A program made the translations under genes and the position numbers. The notes under the pieces were generated by a model. The model was not told the origin of the DNA. It saw nothing but the letters and a program-made list of their open reading frames with translations, and did not search any database. A stretch of 32,000 bases of DNA, from NCBI GenBank assembly GCA_000175855.1, contig ACYB01000001.1, positions 1-32,000 on the forward strand, written 5' to 3'. The DNA is from Raphidiopsis brookii D9. Its GTDB lineage: Bacteria; Cyanobacteriota; Cyanobacteriia; Cyanobacteriales; Nostocaceae. Below are positions 17,063-25,974 of the stretch, one piece after another (the first letter of the stretch is position 1; the number at the start of each line of letters is the position of its first letter).

Positions 17063-17377
17063 CTCACTTCGGTTAAGACATTTAACCGCCAACAACTCAC
17101 CTGGATTTGAGAATTTTATTCTATTGTGTTCTCCAAAGAGTTGGAAAAAATTTTTAGATGTGATAGAATAATCTATCTAAAAGATAATATGTGTAAGCCT
17201 AGCTTCCGGGCTAGGATCAGGTAAGGATGTAAGTGTAGATTTACAAGGGACTGGCCAAGTACCCCCTAGGGGATAGCTTAACTAGTTTTTTGCTACACTA
17301 TAAACAATCGCCTTATGGCATATAGATCGTTAACTTTGACAAAAACTTACGGAGACTAGAACCAGGAACAAATCAGC

Positions 17378-18409
17378 ATGGTCAATCAGAACTTAACCGC
17401 CAAAGAAATTGGATTTACTCACGAAGATTTCGCTGCTCTACTTGATAAGTACGATTATCACTTCAGCCCTGGTGATATTGTACCAGGTACAGTGTTTAGT
17501 ATAGAGCCGCGTGGCGCTCTGATTGACATTGGTGCTAAAACAGCAGCATACATACCTATACAGGAAATGTCTATTAACCGGGTGGATGCCCCGGAAGAAG
17601 TCTTACAATCAAATGAAACGCGGGAATTTTTCATTCTCACTGATGAAAACGAAGATGGTCAGTTGACTCTGTCTATTCGTCGTATTGAATACATGAGAGC
17701 ATGGGAAAGAGTGCGGCAATTACAGAAAGAAGATGCCACTGTCCGTTCTGATGTTTTTGCAACTAATCGTGGCGGTGCATTAGTACGAATCGAAGGACTC
17801 AGGGGTTTCATTCCCGGTTCCCATATTAGCACTCGCAAGCCCAAAGAAGAACTAGTAGGGGAACAACTGCCCTTAAAATTCCTAGAAGTGGATGAGGAGC
17901 GTAACCGCTTGGTCCTCTCCCATCGTCGGGCACTGGTTGAACGTAAGATGAACCGCTTGGAAGTGGGAGAGGTAGTAATTGGTACTGTTCGCGGCATCAA
18001 ACCTTATGGTGCATTTATTGATATTGGTGGTGTAAGCGGACTACTACATATCTCTGAAATCTCTCAGGAGCATATAGACACGCCCCATAGTGTATTTAAT
18101 GTAAATGACGAAGTAAAAGTCATGATCATTGATTTAGATGCTGAGAGAGGTCGTATTTCCCTATCTACCAAGCAATTGGAGCCCGAACCCGGGGACATGA
18201 TTAAGAATCGTGATTTAGTCTATGACAAGGCTGAAGAAATGGCAGCTAAGTATAGGGAACAAATGTTAGCTAAACAGCAGGGTATTGCCGTTGCACCAGT
18301 GGAAGGATCAGAAACCGCACCGGTGGAAGAACTAGAAGTAGTTGCTGAAACCGAAGTTCCACCAGCAATTGAAGTGGAAGAAGAAATCCCGGTGGCGGTG
18401 GAAGAGTAA
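17378..18409 (+). CDS. rpsA: 30S ribosomal protein S1 (cyanobacterial Rps1A type, three S1 domains)
   Basis: 'FSPGDIVPGTVFSIEPRGALIDIGAKTAAYIPIQEMS', 'GFIPGSHIS' and 'GTVRGIKPYGAFIDIGGVSGLLHISEIS' are S1 domain repeats. The C-terminal tail is acidic. Confidence 0.95.
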   Translation: MVNQNLTAKEIGFTHEDFAALLDKYDYHFSPGDIVPGTVFSIEPRGALIDIGAKTAAYIPIQEMSINRVDAPEEVLQSNETREFFILTDENEDGQLTLSIRRIEYMRAWERVRQLQKEDATVRSDVFATNRGGALVRIEGLRGFIPGSHISTRKPKEELVGEQLPLKFLEVDEERNRLVLSHRRALVERKMNRLEVGEVVIGTVRGIKPYGAFIDIGGVSGLLHISEISQEHIDTPHSVFNVNDEVKVMIIDLDAERGRISLSTKQLEPEPGDMIKNRDLVYDKAEEMAAKYREQMLAKQQGIAVAPVEGSETAPVEELEVVAETEVPPAIEVEEEIPVAVEE

Positions 18410-18448
18410 CATATCTGTTGTGGTTATCTACAGCAAAACACTTAAACA

Positions 18449-18477
18449 AGAGGGTAATTCCCCTCTTTTTTATTTTT
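18449..18477 (+). terminator. Rho-independent terminator of rpsA
   Basis: Stem 'agaggg' (18449-18454) pairs with 'ccctct' (18461-18466) over a 6-nt loop, followed by 'tttttatttttt'. It lies 40 nt after the rpsA stop. Confidence 0.8.
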
Positions 18478-18524
18478 GCTAACTGGCATTGTTAATCTTA
18501 ATTAGTCTTATGGAGGTTAGACAC

Positions 18525-19259
18525 ATGGTTACTATTAAATGTGGTAACGTTGTCTTTTCAGATATTCAGGCAGTTTTATTCGATAAAAATGGTACTTTAG
18601 AAGACTCAGAAGATTTTTTAAGATCCCTAGGTCAAAAAGCAGTAAGACTAATAGACGCGCAAATTCCCGGTATTGGGGAACCATTGTCAATGGCGTTGGG
18701 GATTAGTGGAGATGTGTTAGATTTAACAGGTTTAATGGCCGTAGCCAGTCGCAAGGAAACGGAAATTGCTGCTGCTGCTTACATTGCGGAAACTGGTAGG
18801 GGATGGTTTGATTGTTTAAAAATTGCCCGTCAAGCTTTAAAAGAAGCTCATGAATATATTGGACAAAACCCATCCTCTTTATATCCAGGAGTCTTAGAGC
18901 TGTTGGAGTTATTATCATCCCGGGGAACAAAACTGGGGATTCTTTCAGCTGCGACCACTAAAGGTGTGAAGCAGTTTGTTACTTGTTATGGTTTGAGAGA
19001 CTATCTAGAATTAGAAATGGGAGTGGATGAGGGCCTTGGTAAACCAGATCCTAGGTTGTTTTTACAAGCTTGTAATACCTTAGGCGTGCAGCCTCAAAAT
19101 GCTTTAATGGTAGGGGATTCTATAGGTGATATGCAAATGGCACGAGATGCTAAAGCAGGGGGTTGTATAGGGATTACCTGGAACAATAACTTGGCACAGG
19201 TACGGGGAGCGGATGTGGTTATCCATCAACTTGCTGACATCCAAGTTTTAACTAATTAA
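18525..19259 (+). CDS. HAD-superfamily hydrolase (phosphoglycolate-phosphatase-like)
   Basis: Motif I 'AVLFDKNGTLEDS', 'ILSAAT', and 'GKPDP ... MVGDSIGDMQMARDAKA'. The start is set at ATG 18525, preceded by GGAGG 8 nt upstream; the track ORF starts at TTG 18489. Confidence 0.8.
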   Translation: MVTIKCGNVVFSDIQAVLFDKNGTLEDSEDFLRSLGQKAVRLIDAQIPGIGEPLSMALGISGDVLDLTGLMAVASRKETEIAAAAYIAETGRGWFDCLKIARQALKEAHEYIGQNPSSLYPGVLELLELLSSRGTKLGILSAATTKGVKQFVTCYGLRDYLELEMGVDEGLGKPDPRLFLQACNTLGVQPQNALMVGDSIGDMQMARDAKAGGCIGITWNNNLAQVRGADVVIHQLADIQVLTN

Positions 19260-19277
19260 TGGCCTGATCTGGAAAGC

Positions 19278-20489
19278 TCACGGTTTCAATCCAGCAATTT
19301 TCTGGACAAAATAACCCTCTTGGTATTTTAGTTCTCGGGCAATTTTTAATCCCTGCTCAAAAGCTATTAAAGCGTTGGCACTTTCTTCTTTCTGTACATA
19401 AATATCCCCCAGTTGATCATAGGCTTGCATTAGTCCATAAAAATTTCTGGCTAGGGTTTGGGTTTCTAGGAGAATTTTACTAGCTTGTAATGCTTCTCCA
19501 ATTTGATTTTGGGAACGATAAAGATCAATGAGTTTTTCTAATGCTTCACCAGCGCTTAGATACATTTGCAATTGCCAAGCAATAATATAAGCCTCTTGAT
19601 AACTGTTCAATGCTGGTTGGAGAAAGGAAGGATTTTGTGGTACTAGGGACTGATAATTTTCTGCTATTGCTATTTTTATCCGGGGAATTGCCTGCTGGTT
19701 GTCTTGTTGATTGTAAATTGATGCTAACTGATTGAGTATATTAATTGCTTTAAGGGGTTGTTTACTTTGTTCAAAAATATAAGCCAGTTGTTGTAAATAC
19801 CTTAATTGATTGGTTCTATCACCTCTAGTTACTGCTAAATTCAGTAGCTCTTGATATGTGATCGCAGCTTGGGAATAATTAAACCAATTTAGATGTAACT
19901 CACCTATTTGATTCAGAGTTTCCACCTCAGCAACCAGGTCATTTTCACGTTTGACCAGACTTAGAACCCGCTCATAAACCTTCACTGCTAACTGAGGAGA
20001 ACGTACATTTTGATATCCTACCCCTAGCGATCGCCATAGTTGTAAATCAGCACTTTTTTCATTTTGTAACTGGGTTTCAATTTTCCGTAAGCTCTGGGTG
20101 ATATACTGTACCTGTTGTCGATTATTTTCTCGCCAGGCAATTGCACCTACTCTTGATATTGCTTGTACTTGTGATAACAGACCTAAAAATCGTCTTAGTC
20201 GCAATTCTCGATTCCACATAGAAAAAGCAGTTTCTTGATCTCCACTTTCTAACCTGATTGTAGCCTGTTGATTCAACTCATCTAAGGCAGCTTCTAAGGT
20301 TTTTAATTCTTCCGTAGTTAATGGTTTTTCGTTGACATTACTCCTAATGAGGGAGTCTGGTATATTAGTTTCTAGGGGATTGGGGGAAAACTTATCTATT
20401 GTTGGTTTGGGATTTTGTGCCAGTGTCACAAAACTTGACAAATGCCAGATAATAATACTAACTACCACATAATTTAATGTTTTGAGCAT
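19278..20489 (-). CDS. TPR-repeat protein with an N-terminal signal/anchor sequence
   Basis: N-terminal hydrophobic segment 'YVVVSIIIWHLSSFVTLAQ', followed by repeated A/Y/L-rich helical-pair patterns typical of TPR proteins. Confidence 0.7.
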   Translation of the reverse strand: MLKTLNYVVVSIIIWHLSSFVTLAQNPKPTIDKFSPNPLETNIPDSLIRSNVNEKPLTTEELKTLEAALDELNQQATIRLESGDQETAFSMWNRELRLRRFLGLLSQVQAISRVGAIAWRENNRQQVQYITQSLRKIETQLQNEKSADLQLWRSLGVGYQNVRSPQLAVKVYERVLSLVKRENDLVAEVETLNQIGELHLNWFNYSQAAITYQELLNLAVTRGDRTNQLRYLQQLAYIFEQSKQPLKAINILNQLASIYNQQDNQQAIPRIKIAIAENYQSLVPQNPSFLQPALNSYQEAYIIAWQLQMYLSAGEALEKLIDLYRSQNQIGEALQASKILLETQTLARNFYGLMQAYDQLGDIYVQKEESANALIAFEQGLKIARELKYQEGYFVQKIAGLKP

Positions 20490-20555
20490 AAATTACCCAC
20501 CTTCTCCAGTATAACTAAACCGTGAAATTACCATATTTAGGCCTCTTTACCCCTT

Positions 20556-21335
20556 ATGAGTAAACTCATCCCCGCCCTCAGCATCAAAAACTTTAATTTT
20601 TATTACAACAATCGAAAAATCCTTGAGGGTGTATCAATGAATATATCTCAAAACAAAATCACAGCCATGATTGGGCCTAGTGGTTGTGGCAAATCTACTT
20701 TTCTAAAATCTCTTAACCGTATGAGTGAACTAGAAGGAGAAGTGAAATTAGAAGGAACAGTAGAATTTTTTGGACAAAATATCCATGGTAAACGGGTAAA
20801 TTTAAATCGTCTTCGCCGTCAGATTAGTATGATCTATGCCCTACCAAATCTTTTCCCCATCAGCATCTATGACAATGTGGTCTACGGGGTAAAATTAATT
20901 GGCTGGCATCCCAAAGCAGAATTAGATGAAATAGTAGAGATAGCACTCAAGAGGGCAAATATTTGGGAGGAGTTGAAAAATAAAATGCACAAATCAGCCC
21001 TAGAATTGTCTATAGGACAACAACAAAGACTTTGTATTGCCCGATCCCTAGCTGTAAAACCACAGGTACTATTAATAGATGAATTTTGTCTAGGACTAGA
21101 CCCCATTGCCATTAGAAAGATGGAAGAACTCATAGAGTGTTTGCGATCGGAGTTAACAATTGTGTTTGTTTCTCACAATATCCAACAGGTTTTAAGACTA
21201 TCAGATTTTACTGCCATATTTCAATACAATCAAAATCATGTTGGGAATCTGGCAGATTTTGGTCCTAGCAAAAGAATCATAGCGAATAGTTTTCACCATC
21301 GGATTCGGGATTCTATAGGTAACTATTGGCGATAG
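20556..21335 (+). CDS. PstB-like ABC ATPase, orphan and divergent
   Basis: Collinear with PstB: 'GPSGCGKST' (Walker A), 'LSIGQQQRLCIAR', 'LLIDEFCLGLDP', 'VSHNIQQV'. No pstS/C/A genes are adjacent. Confidence 0.8.
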   Translation: MSKLIPALSIKNFNFYYNNRKILEGVSMNISQNKITAMIGPSGCGKSTFLKSLNRMSELEGEVKLEGTVEFFGQNIHGKRVNLNRLRRQISMIYALPNLFPISIYDNVVYGVKLIGWHPKAELDEIVEIALKRANIWEELKNKMHKSALELSIGQQQRLCIARSLAVKPQVLLIDEFCLGLDPIAIRKMEELIECLRSELTIVFVSHNIQQVLRLSDFTAIFQYNQNHVGNLADFGPSKRIIANSFHHRIRDSIGNYWR

Positions 21336-21342
21336 GTCGGTT

Positions 21343-21900
21343 TTAAGGTTTTAGGACTAGAAATGAACGAGCTAAGAAAAAGCTAGTAACCGTTTTAGCG
21401 TCTACAGGCTCTCCTCTATCAATAGCGGTTTCTAATTCTGCAGGGGATAAAAATACAGTTTCAATATCTTCATCTTCATCTTGCTGGGGGGGTGTTTCCA
21501 GTTTTTCCAAATCCCGAGCTAAAAAAGCATAGATAATTTCATCGGAATAACCAGGTGCTAGGAAAAATTCTCCTAACTTATCCCACTGATGAGCTTTGTA
21601 ACCAATTTCTTCTTGAATTTCTCTTTGTACTGTTGTCAAGGGCTTTTCATTTGGTTCCACAGTACCAGCAGGAAATTCTAACAACCTTCCCTGAACTGCA
21701 AAACGATATTGGCGCACCAGAATTAATTTGCCATCATCAGTAACTGGAATGGCTAAAGCACCACCGGGATGACGAATACATTCCCATTCTCCTTCCGACT
21801 TGTTTGGTAACCGTAAACGACTCACTTCAAAGTCGAATTTGCGACCCTTATGGAATAAACGTTGCTTAAGCAACTGTGGCAATTCTCTACCTAATGGCAT
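21343..21900 (-). CDS. NUDIX hydrolase (ADP-ribose pyrophosphatase-like)
   Basis: Nudix box 'GTVEPNEKPLTTVQREIQEEIGY' fits Gx5Ex7REUxEExGU. Confidence 0.9.
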   Translation of the reverse strand: MPLGRELPQLLKQRLFHKGRKFDFEVSRLRLPNKSEGEWECIRHPGGALAIPVTDDGKLILVRQYRFAVQGRLLEFPAGTVEPNEKPLTTVQREIQEEIGYKAHQWDKLGEFFLAPGYSDEIIYAFLARDLEKLETPPQQDEDEDIETVFLSPAELETAIDRGEPVDAKTVTSFFLARSFLVLKP

Positions 21901-21957
21901 AATAAACTTCTAATTTTGGCAACTACTAGGAATACATACGGGGAGCAAGTCATACAA

Positions 21958-22479
21958 TCAGGGCCTTCGGATAATAGTTTTCACAGCTGAACCACTACAC
22001 AAGTGTACATCAGAATGGTCTACATTTCTCAATAGATTCCTAATTGTCATTCCAGATATGGGATCTTGCCAGTCTCCAGCAATTTCTTCTAAAGGAACTA
22101 ATACAAAACCTCGTTCATACATTCGTGGATGGGGAATTTGCAGGTTGGACTGATTTAAAATTAGGTTATCATATATTAACAAGTCCAAGTCTAAGGTTCT
22201 TGCTCCCCAACGTTCTAGGCGCACGCGACCGAACTGTTGTTCCACTGCCAATAAGCTGGCTAATAGGTCATGAGGTGACATTGTTACCTCAAGTATAGCA
22301 CAAGCATTTAAATAATCTGGTTGAGATGGACCCACAGCTTTGGTTCTATAAAAACTAGATGTAGATTTTATAAGTAAGCCCGGGATTTGAGATAATGTGT
22401 CTAAGCATGATGATAGAATACTGGTTGAATCGCCCAGGTTACTGCCTAGGGCAATTGCAGTTTTATGAGTACTCCCCAT
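21958..22479 (-). CDS. folK: 2-amino-4-hydroxy-6-hydroxymethyldihydropteridine diphosphokinase
   Basis: 'AIALGSNLGDS', 'QPDYLNA', 'RWGARTLDLDLL' and 'IPHPRMYERGFVLVPLEEI' follow the HPPK pattern. Confidence 0.9.
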   Translation of the reverse strand: MGSTHKTAIALGSNLGDSTSILSSCLDTLSQIPGLLIKSTSSFYRTKAVGPSQPDYLNACAILEVTMSPHDLLASLLAVEQQFGRVRLERWGARTLDLDLLIYDNLILNQSNLQIPHPRMYERGFVLVPLEEIAGDWQDPISGMTIRNLLRNVDHSDVHLCSGSAVKTIIRRP

Positions 22480-22524
22480 GTTAACTAGGTCCGAAACCAG
22501 GGTTCGGTGAGTAATGAGTTTTGA

Positions 22525-22725
22525 CTATTCTTTATCAATCTTGGGGACAAAATCAGGACGATCCTTACTTTCCCAACCTGGGGGACGTTTAGAATTGTAC
22601 CAGGCGATTGAACCAATAGTAACTGCAGCAACAAAGCCAACCACATAGACTAAGGTGAAGGCCAATGGAAAATGATTACCAGCGGACACTGGCGCTGCTT
22701 CTAGTAGTATTAACGACAAACTCAT
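22525..22725 (-). CDS. Small single-pass membrane protein (66 aa), function unknown
   Basis: One clear hydrophobic helix 'FPLAFTLVYVVGFVAAVTIGSIAW' followed by a charged tail. ATG start, with AT-rich promoter-like sequence upstream. Confidence 0.6.
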   Translation of the reverse strand: MSLSLILLEAAPVSAGNHFPLAFTLVYVVGFVAAVTIGSIAWYNSKRPPGWESKDRPDFVPKIDKE

Positions 22726-22859
22726 GAGTGTTTTATCCCACTGCTTATAATATAGGATTTCAGGATTTTATTTCATTTTACTATAATCTCACATATTATA
22801 GGCATAGTTAACCAAATATGTTGAATATAATATTTGATTTGGGAAAAAAACAAATGTTA

Positions 22860-25229
22860 TCAGTCAGGTTTGAGTCGTTCTCGCCAAGATGGTTGGCCAG
22901 CTGGGGAATTGGGAGTTGGGAGTGAGGATGGCACAGTCTGGAAATCATTGCGACGCCGCCTTCTTCTTCTGGTAGAAGTGGTATTTTCCTCAGTTGAGGA
23001 TGGCACAGTCTGCACATCGTAGCGACGCCGCCTTCTTCTTCTGGTAGAAGTGGTGCTTTCCTCAGTTGAAGATGGCACAGTCTGCACATCGTAGCGACGC
23101 CGCCTTCTTCTTCTGGTAGAAGTATCCTGATCTTGGTCTAATTGCCAATTGCGCCCTCTTCTACCACTTTGGCTGGTAGATGAATTACCATCTTGAGAAT
23201 CTGAGTTATCATCACGCTTAGAAAATTTAAAGCCAGCATTTTTCTTAGAAATTGGTTGAGCCTTGATTGTGGCTTTGCGCTTTGCCACTCGGGAAGGTCG
23301 TGGAAACTTTTCCACTTTCAGGTCTTTTACAGCTCCCTCCATGAATTGAGACCAGGTGTAAGCAGCTGTGGAACTGGAACCATGAGTAGGGCGATTGTTA
23401 TCATTACCTAGCCAAATTCCTGTTACCATTTGGGGTATGTAGCCAATAAACCATAAATCCCTTGACTCATCAGATGTACCGGTTTTTCCTGCTACTGGCC
23501 TGTCTGGCAATTGGGCGGCCCGTCCAGTACCGTTGGTAACTACATTGGTTAACATATTGGTCACAATACCACTGCTATCAGCATCCAAGGCTCTTTTAGG
23601 TTGGAAATTCGCACTCCAAATTACATCACCCTGACGATTAAGAATGCGACGAATGGCGTGTGCTTCCGTATGTAAACCTTCAGTGGCAAAGGAACCATAG
23701 GCACTGGTTAATTCTAAAAGGTTAACCTCATTAGAACCAAGAGCTAAGGAGTAGTTATGTTCTAAACGTGATTTAATCCCCATGTTTTGGGCAATTTTAA
23801 TGGTTGGCTCATAGCCAACATCTATTAACACTTGAAGGGAAATTGTATTGATGGATAGAGCCAATGCGTCTTGCATGCTCATTAAACCACGGAACTTCTC
23901 GCTATAATTCTTTGGCTCATAACCTCTAAATGAAATAGGCTGATCCATATATGTATCCCCTGGATTCTTACCTGAAGCTATGGCAGCTGCATATACAAAG
24001 GTTTTAAATGTTGAACCTGGCTGTCTTTGAGCTTGGGTTACTCTATTGAACTGAGTTTTGGCAAAATCTTTCCCTCCAACCATCACCTGAATTTCTCCAT
24101 TACGGGGATTAATAGACACTAAGGCACCTTCTCGAAACCTTCCCCAAGTTCCTTCTGTTTTCAGGGTTTTTACTAGTACCTCTTCCGCCATTTTTTGCCA
24201 ATTTGAATTTAAGCTAGTTTCTACAGTTAGTCCACCCGCTGCTAAAATATCGGGTTTCAGGTATTTGGGTAGCTGCTGCTGCACGTAGGAACAAAAATAG
24301 GGCGCAGTAACTTGAAATCGTCTGGGTAAATTACTCTTAACTGTAAGTGTTTGTTGAAGTGCGGACTGTTTTTCTTGGGGTGTAATTACTCCATCCTCCT
24401 CCATTCTTTGTAAAACCGTATTTCTTCTGGCTATAGCTCCAGGGAGATTCTTGTCGGGAGCGTAAATATTGGGTGCAGGAGCAAGACCAGCAATAGTGGC
24501 TATTTCTGATAAGTTCAGTTGATCTACTGTTTTGCCAAAATATACCCAGCTGGCATCTGCTACTCCGTAAGCTCCCGAACCTAAATAAACTAAATTTAGG
24601 TAACGTTCTAAAATTTCTTCTTTGGTGAGTTCCCCTTCTATTTTCTGGGCTAAACGCACTTCCTTGAGTTTGCGCCACAGAGTCCGCTCTTGACTAAGAA
24701 ACAGAATTCTAGCCAGTTGTTGAGTAATGGTACTACCACCTTGAACTACGTTTTTTGACTGGAAGTTACTGAGAGTAGCCCTAATAATTCCCTGAAAGTC
24801 TATTCCATCATGTTGTTTGAATCTTCTGTCTTCTGACGCAATAAAGGCTAACTGCAATTTGTCTGGAATCTGTTGTATTTTTAACTGCTCTCTTGTTGCT
24901 TCCCCTTGCTGCATTAAGACAGTACTGTCCCCAGCTTTAATGGTCAGGGTTTGTTGCCTTATCATCGCATTAAGTTCTGATTTATCTGGTAAGGAACTGT
25001 CTACTGTCCGAATACCATAGTTTAAACCAATTATGGTACTACTTAAACCTAACCCCGCCCAGAACCAAATCTGCCGATAAAACGGCTTCTCACCTCTCCC
25101 AATTTTTTCTCTCACCATCAACGATAGCTGCTGAATATGCCCAAGTAACAAGCCCAATTTTGGTGGTATACTCAGGGGTAGTTTCTCATCTGTGGGATTC
25201 TCGTTTTTCTGATTATTACCAACTGGCAA
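22860..25229 (-). CDS. Class A penicillin-binding protein (PBP1A family transglycosylase/transpeptidase)
   Basis: Glycosyltransferase motifs 'EDRRFKQHDGID', 'GGSTITQQLAR' and 'RKLKEVRLAQKIE'. Transpeptidase motifs 'GSTFK', 'SIN' and 'KTGT'. N-terminal TM segment 'IWFWAGLGLSSTIIGL'. TTG start at 25229, with AAGGAG 9 nt upstream and an in-frame TGA just before it. Confidence 0.95.
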   Translation of the reverse strand: MPVGNNQKNENPTDEKLPLSIPPKLGLLLGHIQQLSLMVREKIGRGEKPFYRQIWFWAGLGLSSTIIGLNYGIRTVDSSLPDKSELNAMIRQQTLTIKAGDSTVLMQQGEATREQLKIQQIPDKLQLAFIASEDRRFKQHDGIDFQGIIRATLSNFQSKNVVQGGSTITQQLARILFLSQERTLWRKLKEVRLAQKIEGELTKEEILERYLNLVYLGSGAYGVADASWVYFGKTVDQLNLSEIATIAGLAPAPNIYAPDKNLPGAIARRNTVLQRMEEDGVITPQEKQSALQQTLTVKSNLPRRFQVTAPYFCSYVQQQLPKYLKPDILAAGGLTVETSLNSNWQKMAEEVLVKTLKTEGTWGRFREGALVSINPRNGEIQVMVGGKDFAKTQFNRVTQAQRQPGSTFKTFVYAAAIASGKNPGDTYMDQPISFRGYEPKNYSEKFRGLMSMQDALALSINTISLQVLIDVGYEPTIKIAQNMGIKSRLEHNYSLALGSNEVNLLELTSAYGSFATEGLHTEAHAIRRILNRQGDVIWSANFQPKRALDADSSGIVTNMLTNVVTNGTGRAAQLPDRPVAGKTGTSDESRDLWFIGYIPQMVTGIWLGNDNNRPTHGSSSTAAYTWSQFMEGAVKDLKVEKFPRPSRVAKRKATIKAQPISKKNAGFKFSKRDDNSDSQDGNSSTSQSGRRGRNWQLDQDQDTSTRRRRRRRYDVQTVPSSTEESTTSTRRRRRRRYDVQTVPSSTEENTTSTRRRRRRRNDFQTVPSSLPTPNSPAGQPSWRERLKPD
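22927..23125. repeat. 72-bp tandem repeat, ~2.8 copies, inside the PBP1A 3' end
   Basis: Units start at 22927, 22999 and 23071 ('gatggcacagtctg...cgacgccgccttcttcttctggtagaagt'). They encode 'TSTRRRRRRRYDVQTVPSSTEE(S/N)T'. Confidence 0.9.
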
Positions 25230-25488
25230 GAGTCATTTCTCCTTATCAGACGTAGTTTAAGTGAAGTTTTAATTGTTTTAATTATAGCTTTAGCCAGAAC
25301 GCCATGGACAGGTCTGATGGCTAAGCTAAAAGTCAGTGCTGGTGTTCTGAATCGCCCCATTCCCAGTGGCTACGGCTATAGTTAGTGACTAATATCACTC
25401 ATACTGAGCCGTTTCAACCACAGTAGTTTTAATGTAAAACTGGCAAATTTCCCTCTTTCCGGAGATATTTTGGGCGAATTTCCCTTAG

Positions 25489-25911
25489 TTAGTTTTGTAC
25501 GTCCACCCAGCGACGGTAAAGTTTTTGAATTTTCCTGAGCAAGGAGGTGTAAATTGTTTGATTATAATCCAAGTTTTTAGTTAAATCCTGTATTTTTGTT
25601 AGCAATTTAGCCTCTTCCGTAGCCACTTCACCATCACTATAGATTAACCCACTGATGGATTCAATTAAGTCTTGACACTGTTCTAAACTAGGGCGATCGC
25701 CTAAATACTCTCTTACCCATTGATAGCATTGATCTGGTTTAACTTGAACTAACTCGTAGAGCCAAGGTTTGATTTCTGGATCAGCAGAAAGACCCTTAGA
25801 ATGGGCTATCTCTCTGAGATATTGTCTTTCCTCTGGCTGAATTCTACCATCAATCCAAGCTGCACCAATGAGAATTTTAACTAGATTTTTTACGTCGGGA
25901 TGATTAACCAT
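25489..25911 (-). CDS. TerB-like (tellurite-resistance TerB / DjlA-N type) domain protein
   Basis: 'KILIGAAWIDGRIQPEERQYLREIAHSKGL' and a second 'YSDGEVATEEAKLL' element resemble the TerB repeat pattern. GGAGGAGG lies upstream of the ATG. Confidence 0.5.
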   Translation of the reverse strand: MVNHPDVKNLVKILIGAAWIDGRIQPEERQYLREIAHSKGLSADPEIKPWLYELVQVKPDQCYQWVREYLGDRPSLEQCQDLIESISGLIYSDGEVATEEAKLLTKIQDLTKNLDYNQTIYTSLLRKIQKLYRRWVDVQN

Positions 25912-25974
25912 TTTGCCTCCTCCAGTAGATTCGGACTCTGGTTAAATGATACAATAGTTGGGGATATTTCAAGT

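Noticed and set aside
22808-23089. ORFs 22808-23089 (-) and 22834-23022 (+), with internally repeated peptides ('MCRLCHPQLRK...')
   Set aside because: They are alternative-frame readings of the 72-bp tandem repeat inside the PBP1A gene. Their internal repetition simply mirrors the DNA repeat.
25172-25360. 62-aa minus-strand ORF overlapping the PBP1A 5' end and upstream region, and the imperfect inverted repeat 'tagctttagcc...ggctaagcta' (~25290-25335)
   Set aside because: The ORF overlaps the PBP start region in another frame and has neither a ribosome-binding site nor a motif. The inverted repeat is imperfect and has no supporting context.
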